NCBI GenBank assembly: GCA_030704615.1
Contig: CM060731.1
Span: 32,116,001-32,180,000, forward strand
DNA from: Takakia lepidozioides
Lineage: Eukaryota > Plantae > Bryophyta
DNA length: 64,000 nucleotides
Direction: 5' to 3'
Under the pieces are notes generated by a model. That model was not told where the DNA came from. It did not search any database and saw only the letters and a program-made list of their open reading frames with translations. This document shows positions 11,308-24,558 of the stretch, piece by piece. Each line of letters begins with the position of its first letter. Position 1 is the stretch's first letter. The position numbers and the translations under genes are program-made.

Positions 11308-13871
11308 AACCATTCGACTGCAACCACAGTATTTCATTCAATTGTATATATGGGGGACAATACCTCATCTCTTCAAAATATTTTTCAGTCGTGCAAATAA
11401 GTCCAATCTGATATAGCATTAGTACATTTTGAACTTGTGAAGGTTCTCAATTGCTCACAAACCTCTTAAGCATGAAGTCATGACAACACATAGCTTTAAG
11501 TGAACCACTGTCTATTTCACTTATAACTATACATTTTCCTAATTGAGCCATCAATAGTAAGAAGCCACACAATTGTATCGAGTAGCATCATATGCAAACA
11601 AGGAGTTTCATTAGCCAGTCCTAAGTCAAAGAATAAAGCTCCAACCAATGATTATATATGCTGCTAAAAGATTTCAAAAGTGGTGACATGAAGATGGCGT
11701 TGCACAACAAAGCTCAAAACGTGAGTATGACAAGATTTTTGGAATCCATGTGTACAGTGGAATCTCATATTAGCTTGCCCAAATGACTCTATTTGTAGCA
11801 AATAATAATTTAGAGTTTTTATGTATTCTCTTTAATCAAGCATCATGGAGCTAAGATGTTGAATGTCTTAATTTGGATAAGCCTTCTTTTTTCTCTTTGT
11901 ATGTCCACCTAGCATTTTAGGGATTTGCTTGTTGTTAATACAATTGGTGTCATTTGCTCCATCCTCTCCTACTAGTTATTACTAGTTGGAGTTTCATATC
12001 ATCATTTATTTCACATTGTCAATTTTGTTGGACTTCGTTATTGGAAGTGGGTGATTATATTGCAGTAGCACAAGTGGATTTTTTCACTGTGAATTGGTAC
12101 TCTGTGACTAAATGTACAATTAAAGATGTTTCATGGGTATGGTCCTATTAGGAAGCCCTGATATTTCAACACTAGTGAAAAGGGTACAAATTTTTTGTAT
12201 ATGGTGATCCTGCAAGAAATTATATTGCATTGATGGCTCATTGCAGGGATGCGGTCAAAGCTGCAAAGACAACTATAATTAATGATAGTGGGACCATTGA
12301 AATTGTGGCTATGAATGTTAAGAAGTTTTCTTCTTTGGGACCTAGTCCCATTTTATTTATTCCTTGAAGTTGCAAGAATCTTGTCCAAAAAAAAATGGTT
12401 GAGTTTTTTTTTTTTTTTTTAATTTTTAGCCTTGTATCGGAGATTAACTCAAAGACACTTTCATAGATGGATTTACACTTGAGTATGGATATTCATCAAC
12501 TTTGCTTTCTCAACAACATTTCATAGTATATTTCAGGTGTTACAATCCGATATTACTCTTTCCCTAGTATTACGATATGTACTATGATATCATTCAATTC
12601 AATTCAATTCAATTTATGAAGTTTATTTATTTTTGCTTAATCTGTATTTATATTTACTTCAGCAATTGTTTTCATTGGAATAAGATATAAAGGACTCATC
12701 TTATGCTTTTCATTGTACATCACCCTACCCAATGTAAAGTTGGTGGATTGAAAGGTTAAAGGTTATTTGCTTGTAGAAGAGATCATATGGCTGATAAGGT
12801 GAACAATATCGCTACAAGGGATATTAAATACATACAAAATTGAAAACAAACAAGGTATCTCCGGCCACCTATATAGACTGCAATTGAGAATATACAACAT
12901 TCAACAAACATCCAATGCATCTGCAAGATAGATTGCATCCACGAAATGAGAATTCCCTAAACCTTCTATTTTATGGTGTCAGTATGATTTATATAGGTTT
13001 AATATTTCTACGGATTTGGTGTTTGATGCAATGCATACCTTAGCACTTTATGTACCTTTAAAACAACATTTGTTGGTACTATTGCACAATCTGAGAAGGC
13101 ATAACTAGAAAGTGCACCGGGGATAGGTATAGTAACTAGCCATTCAAATTTGTGCACCATGTAGCCTGAATCTCCAACAACATGTTTAGGATTTTGGAAG
13201 ACTGATGAGTATTAAAATTTTGTTATCTTTCATATAGGTATAATTACGAAATATTCATTGCTTAGTGATTTAGGATTGATCTTCATTAAAGTATATCGAC
13301 TCTTTTATACACTCATAAAGAAAGAAGGTTGGAATTACAAGAAAAGTTTGAAAATAGTAGTTTTGGCCTCATCTATATCCCACACCTTTTTGTCTTCTCT
13401 GTACTAATAATCCCCCATCTCAGGACACTTGGCCTCACCTCCTCAGTCACTAGTCACTAGTGCACACATCCCACGATACATGTAGGTCTTCGCATCACTC
13501 GCATAATCAAACAGTTTGTCAATTGCATAAACTACTCGTGACCTATTCCGAAACCCGCTGGTGAATCTCCCTTATAAACCCAAGAACATATCAAGGCCCC
13601 GCCGGACCCCCGGACCATACCACCCGGCCCCACTGGCTTCTTCACTGTAATTGTCAAATTTCACCATGCCATTGTCTATCATGTCTATGCCCAAAATTGT
13701 ACTTGTCACAGGAATATTCTCTCTCTCTTGGGTTTGCCCTCGCTACTCGCAGTGTGTATGCTTCATGGCCCTCTCCGGGTTTTATCTTTTCCCCTATTTA
13801 ATAAAATTTTGAGGGCCTCTGTCTCCTCTTAAGCCAAAAAAAGTAAAACTCCCCATGTTCTTATATATATA

Positions 13872-14241
13872 CTAGGGCAGCCTGTGCCGTTGGCCCAAGT
13901 GTCCAGTGTTATCTAAGTCCAAGTGCAATCCCCTATGTATCCTAGTGCGTCTCCTATGTCGAGGCCCAAATGCGATCTCTAGGGTAGCCTATACCATTGG
14001 CCCAAGTGTTATCTAAGCCCAAGTGTAGGATCTCCTATGTATCCCAGCGTCAGCTCTTATGTAGAGGCCCAAGTGCGACCTCCAGTCCACACATTTCTTT
14101 GTAACAAAACAAACATCCAACTTCATTTTAGTATATCGATTTCAATTCTTCACACATGGGCATCGACATAGGGGATACACTTGGATACATAAGGCATTGG
14201 ATGACATTGTACACTTGGGCCAATGGCACAGGCTACCCTAG
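13872..14241. mobile_element. Tc1/Mariner (Stowaway-like) MITE
   Basis: ~30-bp TIR CTAGGG(C/T)AGCCTGTGCC(G/A)TTGGCCCAAGTGT flanked by TA on both sides; internal CCCAAGTG repeats. Confidence 0.75.
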
Positions 14242-14607
14242 TAGATGGATATTCTACCTCGTTTCATATATTGATGGGTTTCTGTCTTTGCTATTTTTCA
14301 CGAATTTCCAGCAACCAAAAGTACTTGAAATTCCATATCTCCTCATAGGGTAGCTTCAATTTATTGTTTTCCATGAATTTATTGAGTAATCCAATTTATA
14401 CCTTTGACACACCAGACCGTGGTTTGAACCCACAACCACATCCAACGTGGTATGTGCCCATTACCAAAACAAACAAAACAAACGTCTCGATTCATATATT
14501 GATATATATATAAACACAAACACAATCGTTGAAAATATACATGTAAATATACATGATGGTCACGATATTGTGTATGAAATACAGATGTCTGAAGTTAGAC
14601 AAAAAAA

Positions 14608-14730
14608 AATGATAATGAAACCGTGTAAGACTTTATTTACAACATGTACAACGGTGAACATACATAGGATGAGAAGTTCCCAAAAAGGGGGGGAGAAGAA
14701 CAAGAAACAAGAGAAGAAAACAAAAGCTAT
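14608..14730 (-). mobile_element. 3' fragment of a retroelement with a (CAT)n-like tail (second copy at ~61923-62045)
   Basis: ATGA(T)AATGAAACC.TGTAAGACTTTATTTACAACATG...GGATGAGAAGTTCCCAAAA(G)n is shared with 61.9 kb; the minus strand has AATAAA before the tail. Confidence 0.5.
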
Positions 14731-14964
14731 AGTAAGCTACTCAACCAGAACGACCCTCCCCAGCCAACAGCCTCTGGTGCGGTGCTAAGCCACTCGTGTA
14801 TTGGCCTATGGTCTGGGGTTCAAACCCCGGAATCTGTCTCTCTGCCTTGGGGTTGGGCTCTGCCCCTGTAATGCCTCCATGGCTCAGAAAGGGGGTTCAT
14901 CTACCCCCTTTATTCTCATGGGGCTCTTGAAGGGAGTTGACCAATAGTCTGCGGGCATGTTTGG

Positions 14965-16414
14965 GAAGTACGTACTCGGAGCAAAATTTGTCACAGCATC
15001 AAAGCCGTCAGCCTCGCATGCTACTTTTACTTTGCTGCCTCTTCAGTATTATCTGCGAAGAAATTCCATAGATCAAAGAGTCAATGTTGGTACTACAAAT
15101 TGTCTGCAAATGCTCGCACGAATCATGCAAGGAAGTCGCATCAGTCTTTAACTGATCCTCACTACTTCTGGAGCTCATATCATGGCAGCATGAATATTTG
15201 ATGCGAAGAGGACTTGATATCATGACTTTGTTTTAAACCCATCATTACCCCATGTATGTATAATGCTTACCGAATGTTACACTTTTCCCAGTTCTGATTT
15301 TTTTTCCATCTTTGTCAATGGAAGTGACTTCGGTTCCCCATCTTGTCCCCATATGGCGGCACGCCTGCATTGTAATAGACTTCAAGATCAGCAGATCAGT
15401 AATAGTTTGTAATTTAACTAGAGACACTGTTTCGAATGGAACAGCCAACTCCACCTTGCAGCAGGAGGCAGGTACAGAGATTGAGAATAGCTCTGGCTGG
15501 TGTCCGCCTTCATCCAGGATAGTTGTGCAATGACCTTTAATTTCATAAACATATCATTGTGCATTCATTATTTCCTAGACATTAACAGCAGATCTGCAGC
15601 AATCATGTTTAAAGACATGCAAGTTTTGCTAACATGACAAGAAATCCCAATGTGGGATGTGTCACCAGATATTGACTTACGCTTGTACATGCGCATCTTC
15701 CCATCAGGCGAGCACCTGATCCTGTTAATTGTGCAAAAACAAACTCGACTAGTTCTTAAACGCATGTTTTGCATCATTTGAGTATCAGTTTATGAACTTG
15801 ACACTCAATTACTCATGCCTCACTCATGCAAGATTTGACATTTAACCCTCATCACCTTGCAGAAGAATAGTGAGTTTTTGTTCATTTGTATGTGTAATTC
15901 AGCAAGCCGCTACTTGGAAAGGAAGACTTCAAGAACATCTTTTCAGCTGGAAGGCAGTAGCCCTTGTGGTGAAGAGACACCATAAGTTACACTCCCTTGG
16001 GGAGGCGTCGTACCTTTTTTTTCTCTTTTTTGTTTTGTTTTGTTTGTTTTGTAGAGTTGAGATGTCCCAAACTGCGGGGCCCCACCCTGAGTGCCTAGTA
16101 CCGTTGGAAAGCCCTCGATGTGGAGGGGTGCACGGACTTGGTCTCATGATTTTTGGACTTGTGGTGTGGGAGATGTGGAATTTCAAGTACTTTGGCTCGT
16201 GGAAATTCGGGAAAAATAGCAAAGTGGGCTCTCCTGGGACAATGGTTGGAGCCTCGACGGGAGATATCATTAATGATTTGATGTATTACTACTAAAAAAA
16301 AATAGCAAATTGGGCTTTCATAATAACTAATTTGTACCTATTCCTCAAATGACAGATGAGGTCCATGATGTGTCGCCCACTCCATTTTTCCACATCCTGT
16401 TCATACTTTGTGAC
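14965..16414 (-). pseudogene. Divergent AP2-subfamily (double-AP2) gene remnant: linker plus second AP2 repeat
   Basis: Spliced exons 16414-16338 (VTKYEQDVEKWSGRHIMDLICHLRNR), ~15721-15681, ~15533-15454, ~15365-15271 (GTRWGTEV...VTF) and 15052-~14965 (DNTEEAAK*..GFDAVTNFAPSTY, cf. TEEEAARAYD..GLNAVTNFDMSRY). Contains an in-frame stop and a deletion. Confidence 0.7.
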
Positions 16415-18829
16415 CTACGAAAGTTAGAAACCAAGAAGTTACCATTAGCAAGAAACAGTACCAAGACTTAAATTCAGTATACAATTCGTTGATTAACTTC
16501 AATGCAACCATTGGTTCCATACATTAACTTATGTTAGCACTGAAGTTCCTTGTTGATAATTTCACAATTATTACATATGAATTCATGGACAAAGAGCCCC
16601 ACTCTTTTTTTCCTACGCTTTGCAGAGTGTTGAATGATCATGCTAGCTTTAAAGACATTTCACATAGATCACCGATTGCATGGGTGTAGCTGTAGGCCGT
16701 AGTAATTACTTAGGGGTAGTTGGCAGTTATTCATTCCGATTAGTATGGCTCTTCTAGCTAATGAGCCATGTTACATTTATTAGACTCGGCGGTGCTCGAG
16801 GCGGTGCCACCACTGTATATGGCTTGCTCTCCAGAGGCCTTGTATTCCAGTCTCATTGATCCTCAATACCGTAGTACCTTGGCAAGTTCAACACCAATTA
16901 AATTATTTTTATAATTATCGAAATTTTCATTAAATCGTTGGAAGCAACGTCGAAATTTGTGAAAACCCTAGCTGCCAACTGTCAAAATTTCTGGAAACCC
17001 TAAGATTGCCGTCGAAACTTCTGGAAGGCCAAGTGTCGAAGTCTCTAGAACTAAGGGTCATCTAAAAGCCATCGACGCTTCATCATGTCACTAGGTAGTT
17101 ATATGGCTTTCCTTTCTGGTCTCGCAGTTCTAAGACTCGGCCTTATCAGCGGTGAATCACAACAGGGTAGATATGTATGGTAGCCTACAGGTTGAATCAC
17201 AAGTTGACAGATCCACGTTGAGTGGCTATAATGGCACAACAGCATGCATGGTTTAGATATCAACGCTTTGGAGCAACAGATATCACAAACTTGAATTGAT
17301 AAGTGACTGTCTAGGAACTGAAAGTAAAGTGTTTTATGATATCATGCTTCTGAATTTCTTACATGCTTAGTTACATATGAAGCAGAAGGGCTGCCTGGAA
17401 TCATTATGAAGGGTTGCAAGGTCGGTTGTATCCCGTGGCAACTTCTTCGACATTCTTTCAACCAATCCTAGCCTTATCAGCGGTGAGTCACAACAGAGTA
17501 GGTACATATGCAGAGTGTGTTCCAGTATATGTATGGCAGCCTGCAGCAGGTGTTCTCAATTGTAATAAATTACAGTCACAGTTCCACCTTATGCTCATAG
17601 GAAAAGAATGCAAGCACAAGAGCTTACATAGCACCTGGATACCAGAGCACTCTCAGGCTCACCATAAAATCGCTTGAGCTTTTGACTGGAAATGACCCTT
17701 CTTGTGGTAGATGTGACTTGGTAACTTGGGTTAAAGGTCGGATGAAGGAGCAGGCTTTTGAACTGAACATTTGACTTGCAGTTAAGAGAATCGACAGATA
17801 GAGACTCGATGATGATGAAAGTGCTCACTCTGGCATTGTAATGCACTAAGACTGCCCTTGAACTTTGGCATTTTATGAATGAAGTTGTTGACCAGCCTAT
17901 ACAAACATGCTTGGGCAGAGAGCATCAGTTATGATATCCAATCAGCTTCGAGTAATCATCAGGCCACTAGAAGCATTCGTGTCATTTACCACTGGGATAA
18001 CGACTCATTTTGAGTCATAAAAGTCAAAAAACCGGGATCGACTGGAAGTTACAAACGACTAGTTACAATAGACGTGGAAGTTGGGTCGGACATCCAATGA
18101 TTGGAGTGGTAAAGGACGCAGACGCATGAATAACTGCTCAGCGATTATTGCGATTAATGCTGAAGAACCACGTGGCGTAACCAGGCGGGCTGCCCGTGTG
18201 TCTGACCTTTTGGGTTGACTTTGACTTTTCCCTCCGGATGAGTGGACTGACTCACCGGAGCACGGTGACACATGGACGCGGATGTAGACGTCGACGTGGC
18301 GGCGCCGCGACAACCACCACTGCTGCCACATGGCCACGGGCCTGGCGTCATGTGGTAGTCGACCACATAACTTGTAGTGCTACATGCCCAGTGGCAACTG
18401 CGACTACGGAAGTCGGCGCAACCACTGTTTTACTACTTTAAATGAAGTGCTCGAAATTACTTGAACAATCACTTATAGTGGTTCATGCTTTGAAAGTTTG
18501 GTGTTTGTAGTGAGCACGCATGTAATGCCATACAAGAGAACTAATCATGTCATTAGAAACGCGAAAACAATGAAAGACATGTCATGAAACAAAACGAAAT
18601 GAAAATGAAATGAAATAAAACAAAATGGTACTTTATTACATCTGCAGAAAGCTCAAAGAGCTTATGGTACAAAATGAAAAACCAAAGTCAAAAAACAGCC
18701 CAAAGCTACTACTGCTCTGGGGATTGCCTAAGGGTCAAGGCCTCGTGCAGGTAAGCTGCCAAGCAATTGTGATCCTCATAATGCAAGACTCAGTAGATTG
18801 AGTCCCACGGAATAGACCTACCCATGCAG

Positions 18830-20460
18830 GTTTCTTGTAGCTATTGATCCACAGGGAATCATAGGTAATCTTGTGCTTGAGATCTGGTCCTCTTGGATGA
18901 ATCTGGACCCACACTCTCTTTGCTCCTTCAGCTACCCATGCCTCTGCACAAATTATGCATTCATCCTTGCCTTGCTGCTAGTAGCTGACAATTCTAGGAA
19001 ACACCCAACTGAGCTTCTCACACTAGTTCATATGCTGAATGCGTCTGCTACTCTATGGAATGTAACATACATTCACCTTTTTGCCTCGGTTGTCCCATCA
19101 TTGACTGGGGCAGAAAAGTATTCATTCCACAGCTTCTCCTCATCTCTGTTACTTGGTTTTTGATACTTTCCTGTTGTCACATTGGCAGTATCATGTCAAA
19201 GTCACTCCAAACTAGATTCACTCAACCAGCTAACTTGCAGAATTCAACATGGAAATTGAGGGCCAATTCTGATAAGAGGGAAATACAAGGTGAAATGTGT
19301 TGAAGAAGATGCCTTCATTAGCAATGTCTGATTTTATAAATTGTACCGCTGCTGCCAGTTGACCATCTACCCATGTAGGTTTCTTGTAGCTACAGAGTCA
19401 ATCTGGAGCTTGAAGCCCGACCCTCTTGGGTGAATCTGCACCCACACTCTATCCCTGCTCCTTCAACTATCCATGCCTCTGCACAAATCATGCATATATC
19501 ATTGCCTTGCTGCTAGCAGCTGACGGACAGCCTAGATTTGTTCTAGCAAACACTCCAACCCTACTTGGAAAAACAGGCTGAAATGTGTTGAGGAAGGTGC
19601 CTTCATCAGCAGCACCTCATTCTATCAGCAGTTGCCCTGCCGCTACTGTTTCCACTTGCAACAATTGACCATCTACTCAAGCTGATTTCTTGTAACTATT
19701 GATCCCTCAGCCTGAACCTGAACATGAATCTGGACCTCTTTCCCTGGTCCCTCAGCTATCCCTGCCCGTGCACGGATCATGAATACATCCCTCAGCCTTG
19801 CTGCTAGCAGCTGACACTGACGGCGTGAAGTTCTTCCAAAAAACACCCCAACCCTGTACTTAACAGTAGTTCCAACTCTGAATTGCAATTGCTTCTCTCT
19901 GTAGTCCAACAAGCACTCACCTTTTTGTCTCCATTGTCCCCCCACTGACTGGGGTCGGAAAAGTGTTCATTCCAAAGCTTCTCTTCATCTTGTTATCTGT
20001 TTTTGGGTACTTTCCTGCTGCCACATCAGCAATAACTTGTCAAAGTCACTCCAAACCACCCCACATCCACCCAACAAGCTAACTTGCAACATTCAATATG
20101 TAGATTCAGGGTTGAGTCTGATGAGAAGGCAAAATAGGCTAGGTCAAAGAAGAAGGTGCCCTCACCACATTGTCATCGACCTTGTGTCATGATCCATGGA
20201 GGATTTGACTGACCATGCACCCAAGATGACCTCTTGTGTGTGTGAGGTGTGTGCTGCTTCCACAGGGAATTGTAGGCGATCTGTAGCTTGAAATCCGGCC
20301 CTCTTGGATGAATATGGACCCACACTGCTCCCTGCTCCTTCAGCTATACATACATCCTTGCCTTGATGCTAGCAGTTGACAATAACACCCTAGAATTGTT
20401 CCAGCAAACACCCCAACCCTACTTATCGCACTAGTTCCTATGCTGACTTTGCTTCCAACA
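18830..20460 (-). pseudogene. Tandem copies of the PPR N-terminal/OSB-motif module, inverted relative to 0.5-5.7 kb
   Basis: The reverse complement matches the 4200-4760 module (GCAGAGGCATGGATAG...GGGTCCAGATTCATCCAAGAGG; GAGAAGCTGTGGAATGAATAC...TGGGACAACCGAGGCAAAAAG); about four partial copies. Confidence 0.75.
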
Positions 20461-20633
20461 TGCATTGATCATTGTACACTGATATTGACCCCTTGTATGT
20501 ACTTTAATTGCCAATTTACCCATCCCTTGTGTATAAAAACTTGTACAAATTTTTATTTTTTAAAAAGCCCCTCCCCGTACAAAAAAAAGACAAAAATTTA
20601 GGTCTTAGGATCATTCCCATCAACAAATGCAGG

Positions 20634-20671
<38 letters not shown>

Positions 20672-20850
20672 CTTGTACTCTTATATGTATTTATAGATCT
20701 TTGTAAAGTTTATGTAGATGCATTATCCCCTACGTATACTTCAATATTTTAACCAATCATACCCTTTCCCATACATATATTTCGTACAATTGTTTTTCTT
20801 CAAAACCCCCTCTCCGGTAAAGTATTGATCGCAGATGGTGTTCTGGCCTA

Positions 20851-20869
20851 ATGAAGAGTGATCCCCCCC
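20851..20869. mobile_element. Second TIR-like transposon end abutting the inverted 11-bp duplication
   Basis: ATGAAGAGTGATCCCCCCC directly followed by AGGGCGAAGTC (20870-20880), the reverse complement of GACTTCGCCCT at 5772-5782. Confidence 0.55.
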
Positions 20870-23800
20870 AGGGCGAAGTCAGGTATTTCTTGGGCAAGAA
20901 GGAGGTTGTCCATGATGTATCTGCCTTTAATGAAGCCGGTTTGGTTAGGTCTGATGAGAGCTGGAAGGTGTGGTTGTAGTCTGAGACCTAGGGCTTTGGC
21001 TATAATTTTATAGGCTACATTTAAGAGGGTGATGGGGCGGTAGTTGGAGATATTAGTGCGGTCTCCTTTTTTGAAGAGAAGAGTAATGACTCATTGGGAC
21101 AAATTTTCTGGCATGTTGCCACAGCGGAAGATCTGGTTGGCCATGGAGAGAAAGTCGCTAGAGATTTCAGGCCAGAGGCATTTGTAGAACTCCATTGGGA
21201 TTCCATCGATGCCCGGGGATTTCCCATTGTGCATCGTGCGCAACGTTGTTTCAAGTTCTATCGGAGTGAACTCCCCTTCGAGGGAACCAAATAGGTTTGG
21301 TTGTAACATGGATGGGGTGGATTGCAAGCATGTTTGTTGGTGAGGAGAGAGGGTTAGATCTCCTTTAGAGTCACTTTGGAAGAGATTTGTAAAGTGGATC
21401 TTTGCTAGGGTGGATAGCTGTTTTGGGGATGAGGCAGAAAGACCAGTGGATTGGTCAGTTAGTTCCGTAATGTTTTGAGAGGCTCTGCGTAGCCTAGTCT
21501 TGTCAAAGAAGTATTTTGACATTTTTTCCCCCTTGGTTGACCAATTGACTCCGGCTTGGAGCTTGAGTTTCTGTTCTTGGAGGGATTGGAGGGATTCTAA
21601 ATTCTGCTTGGCTTCAAGGTATGTGAGGTAAGTGTGATTATCACATCGAGGGGATTCGATTCGAGTCTGACACGCAACAAGACATTTGGTTAAAGCTTGG
21701 TTTTCCTAGAGCGTTCCAGAGCCAAATCTCTGCTCATGATTTGAGCACTCACACTTACTGCCTTGAGCCTAGCTTGAAACCGTTCAATAGGGTCTTGAAG
21801 GTGGACGGCGGATTGGGACCAACACGTTTTGAGCCTTTGTTTAAAGGAGGGGATTTTGAGGAGAGAGGTATTAAGTTTGTAGATACCTTTACCTCTGGAT
21901 TGGGTGTTTAGGATTTTTAGAGAAGCAGAAATGAATGCATGGTCGAAACCTTGCAAGATTGGGGTTTGAGGGTTCCTAGTTATCCATTGGACAATATTTA
22001 AAGAGCAGTAAAATCGGTCTAGCCTAGCCATTTGAAGGTCTGGTAAGGTTCTGTTGTTTGACCAGGTGAAGGTCGGAATTTGGGGTGTTGGTGGTGCGTT
22101 ATGGGAAATTGAAATAGCTTCCACTAGATTGTGTGAATGAGAGAGGTTGTTCCTAGTTATCCATTTCTGGCGTAGTTGGGTTAAAGGCGGAAGGGCATCT
22201 CCGGTCCTCTGGGGCCTCAACCATGTTGAAGTCTCACATGACCACCCAACCGTCTATGTAGTCAACATCTTTCATCTTGTTGTCAAGGGCAGTCCAGAAG
22301 TCTGCCCTTTCAGCGGTCGAGTTGGGTGCATAGACGTTGACTATGCCTAGTGTTCCTGCGTTGTTGGGAAGGTCCAGGGCACAATATTGGGCCCTTCTCG
22401 GAACCCATGAAGCCTCACAATGGAGGCAGGGGTGGAGAGAAGGGGAGAGGAGGATTACGGTATCCCCTCTTGAACCGGTGGATGTTGGCTTTCAGAGAGA
22501 GTTGTTGATTGGCCAAAGATGGTCAGTGAGGTGGGAAATTTTCTGGGTATCTAGTTTGTGTTCTTGAAAGGAAATGATGGCATCCTGGCGAAGCATTGGC
22601 TGCAGCCAGTTCCTAAGCCTGACGCTTTTTAGGGAGTCTGGGCCTTGCCCCAACCCCCCGATGTTCCATGAGGATAAACTAATCAACATGTGGGTGGAAT
22701 AGAAGGCCGAGGGTGGTAATCTCATTCGATGGCCCAGGGTTGTCAAAGAAAAAGTGGACCCTACGATCTGCTGGGAGTAGAGAGTTGACCCATCGAAAGG
22801 TGGGGGGTGGTTTGGGCAGGAGCTTCCTAACTTTGATCATAACACATTGGTTTGGGTAGATGGGTCAGACAGGGCAGGTGGAGGTGGAGATGGGACGAAC
22901 TGGCTGGGGTTTGAGTTGATTGTGTTGATAGATATCAAATGGGTGTAGGTAAGGAAGAAGTTGGAAGGGAGAGGAAGATGAAGAGGGGGAATGTGGATGT
23001 TGTGGGGGAGATGGTTCGAGTAGGGTATTGAGAGAGAAGCAGGAAGAGAGATGGATGGAATATGCCTGCAGACAGATTTTGAGGAGGATTCATTGCGACA
23101 GAGGAGCCAACAACGTTTAGAGTTTTTTTTGTCAGCATAAAAAATGAAGCAAGGGGTGGGGTTTTGTGGAACCTGGTCCATTTTGGTGATGACATCTTCC
23201 ATGTTGGGCTCCGAAGCTGGAACTGCAGGCTGAAGTGGAGGTAGATCTTGATGGGCGATAGCTGGAGAGGCAGAAGAATATGGGGTGTCTTGCTGCGAAG
23301 GGCCTGATGCTGCTGGTTGACTTGGCATTGAGGGGGCAGGCGCCACGGAGCGGGCAGAAACACTTGATGAGGAGGATGGCGAGGGCGGGGGCCTAGCTCC
23401 GTAGAGGTGGTCCCACGTTCGCTCGAGGTCCCCTTTGTGGTTTTCCTCATCTATTTCTGCTTCCACAATTGCTTATAGCAAAGCAAAGGCATTGGTGAGA
23501 GTTTCTCTGAACCTTGGCTTGAGTTTGGCAGCCCTTCTTGGTTCCGAGAGAATGTTTTTCCGTACCCAAGATGAACCTGTATGTGGCTGCGTCCCATAGA
23601 TATCCGCTTCTTCCATAAGAGCCAGGATATGTGCCACAGGGTTACAACTGAGCCCTGGGAATTTGACCAAGAAAGAATCCCAGGAGACTTTGGTGGTGCC
23701 TGACAAGTGGTAGTGCGGTTGAAAAGCCAGAAAGAATTCTTGAATTTATTTTTTAAGCATATTTTCGGGGCAGTTGGTGGGCGAGTTGTTTGCAATGAAC

Positions 23801-24233
23801 TGTCGGACATCCTGCACGGTGATCCATAGCGATGCAAAGTGCCCCCAAGCCGCTTCAATGAGAAGGAAGGACATTGGCGGTCCTTTCTTGAAAATTAGTG
23901 GAGAAATGCAGGAAGTCTTTGGGATGTCCGGAAAGTCGATCTCTGAGGAGCAGCTGAGGGACAAGCCTGGGAATGTTTTGATTCCTGCAAGTGTCTTGGC
24001 AATGGCAGAGTGGGCATGCAATACCCGTGATGACCACAGTGTTCGAAGGCTGCGGAGACTTGTTGGGAAGAATGGCCGAATCCGCTGAAGGTGGGGTGGG
24101 TGTATGCAGAACCCCCCCTGCGGGTATCCATTTGCCTTTGCTGGCCCAGGTTGCCTTTACATGTGCTGATTCCAGTCTCATTGGGTTTGTAGAGTCCCGG
24201 ACTTTCTTAGGGGCTGGAAGAGTGGGGCTGATG
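20870..24233 (-). mobile_element. L1-clade LINE, 5' half (ORF1 remnant, APE endonuclease, RT N-terminal part)
   Basis: SWNIGGLG..IISFQEHKL, FTWSN..ARLDRFY, GKGIYKLNTSLL, SKYFF, KSPGIDGIPMEFYK, NYRPITLLN, LIRPNQTGFIKGRYIMDNLLLAQEIPDFAL. Stops exactly where the 5772 half begins. Confidence 0.9.
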
Positions 24234-24558
24234 AAGTTTTATTTCAGGAAGTAGTTCTTCTATTTGACCAGGTACTTTTTCTGTATTTATTTTTATAATT
24301 TATCATGTCATTTTCTATCTCAGCATCCAAATCTTGAGCAACTGTATTAGTATCTGTGCCGCTAAATTTTTCAAAGATAGTGAAACAAAGGTCCAAAAAG
24401 GTTCCCGGAATAGATTGAATTTTCTTGTCAGGAAATCTTGTTTGGATTTTGGTTCGTAAGCTAATACTTAAGCTGCGCTTCAAAATGTTGAGCACGATTG
24501 TTCAATACTAATAACGCGTCGCTATCTAGTACCTTGTTTAACGAGAGTTATACTGAAC

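Noticed and set aside
11400-13400. AT-rich, CpG-poor stretch with exon-like snippets (possible decayed transposase)
   Set aside because: No diagnostic motif or termini recognised.
14765-14835. tRNA-like A/B box sequence (GGTTCAAACCCC)
   Set aside because: No convincing cloverleaf; more likely a SINE head than a tRNA gene, and its boundaries are unclear.
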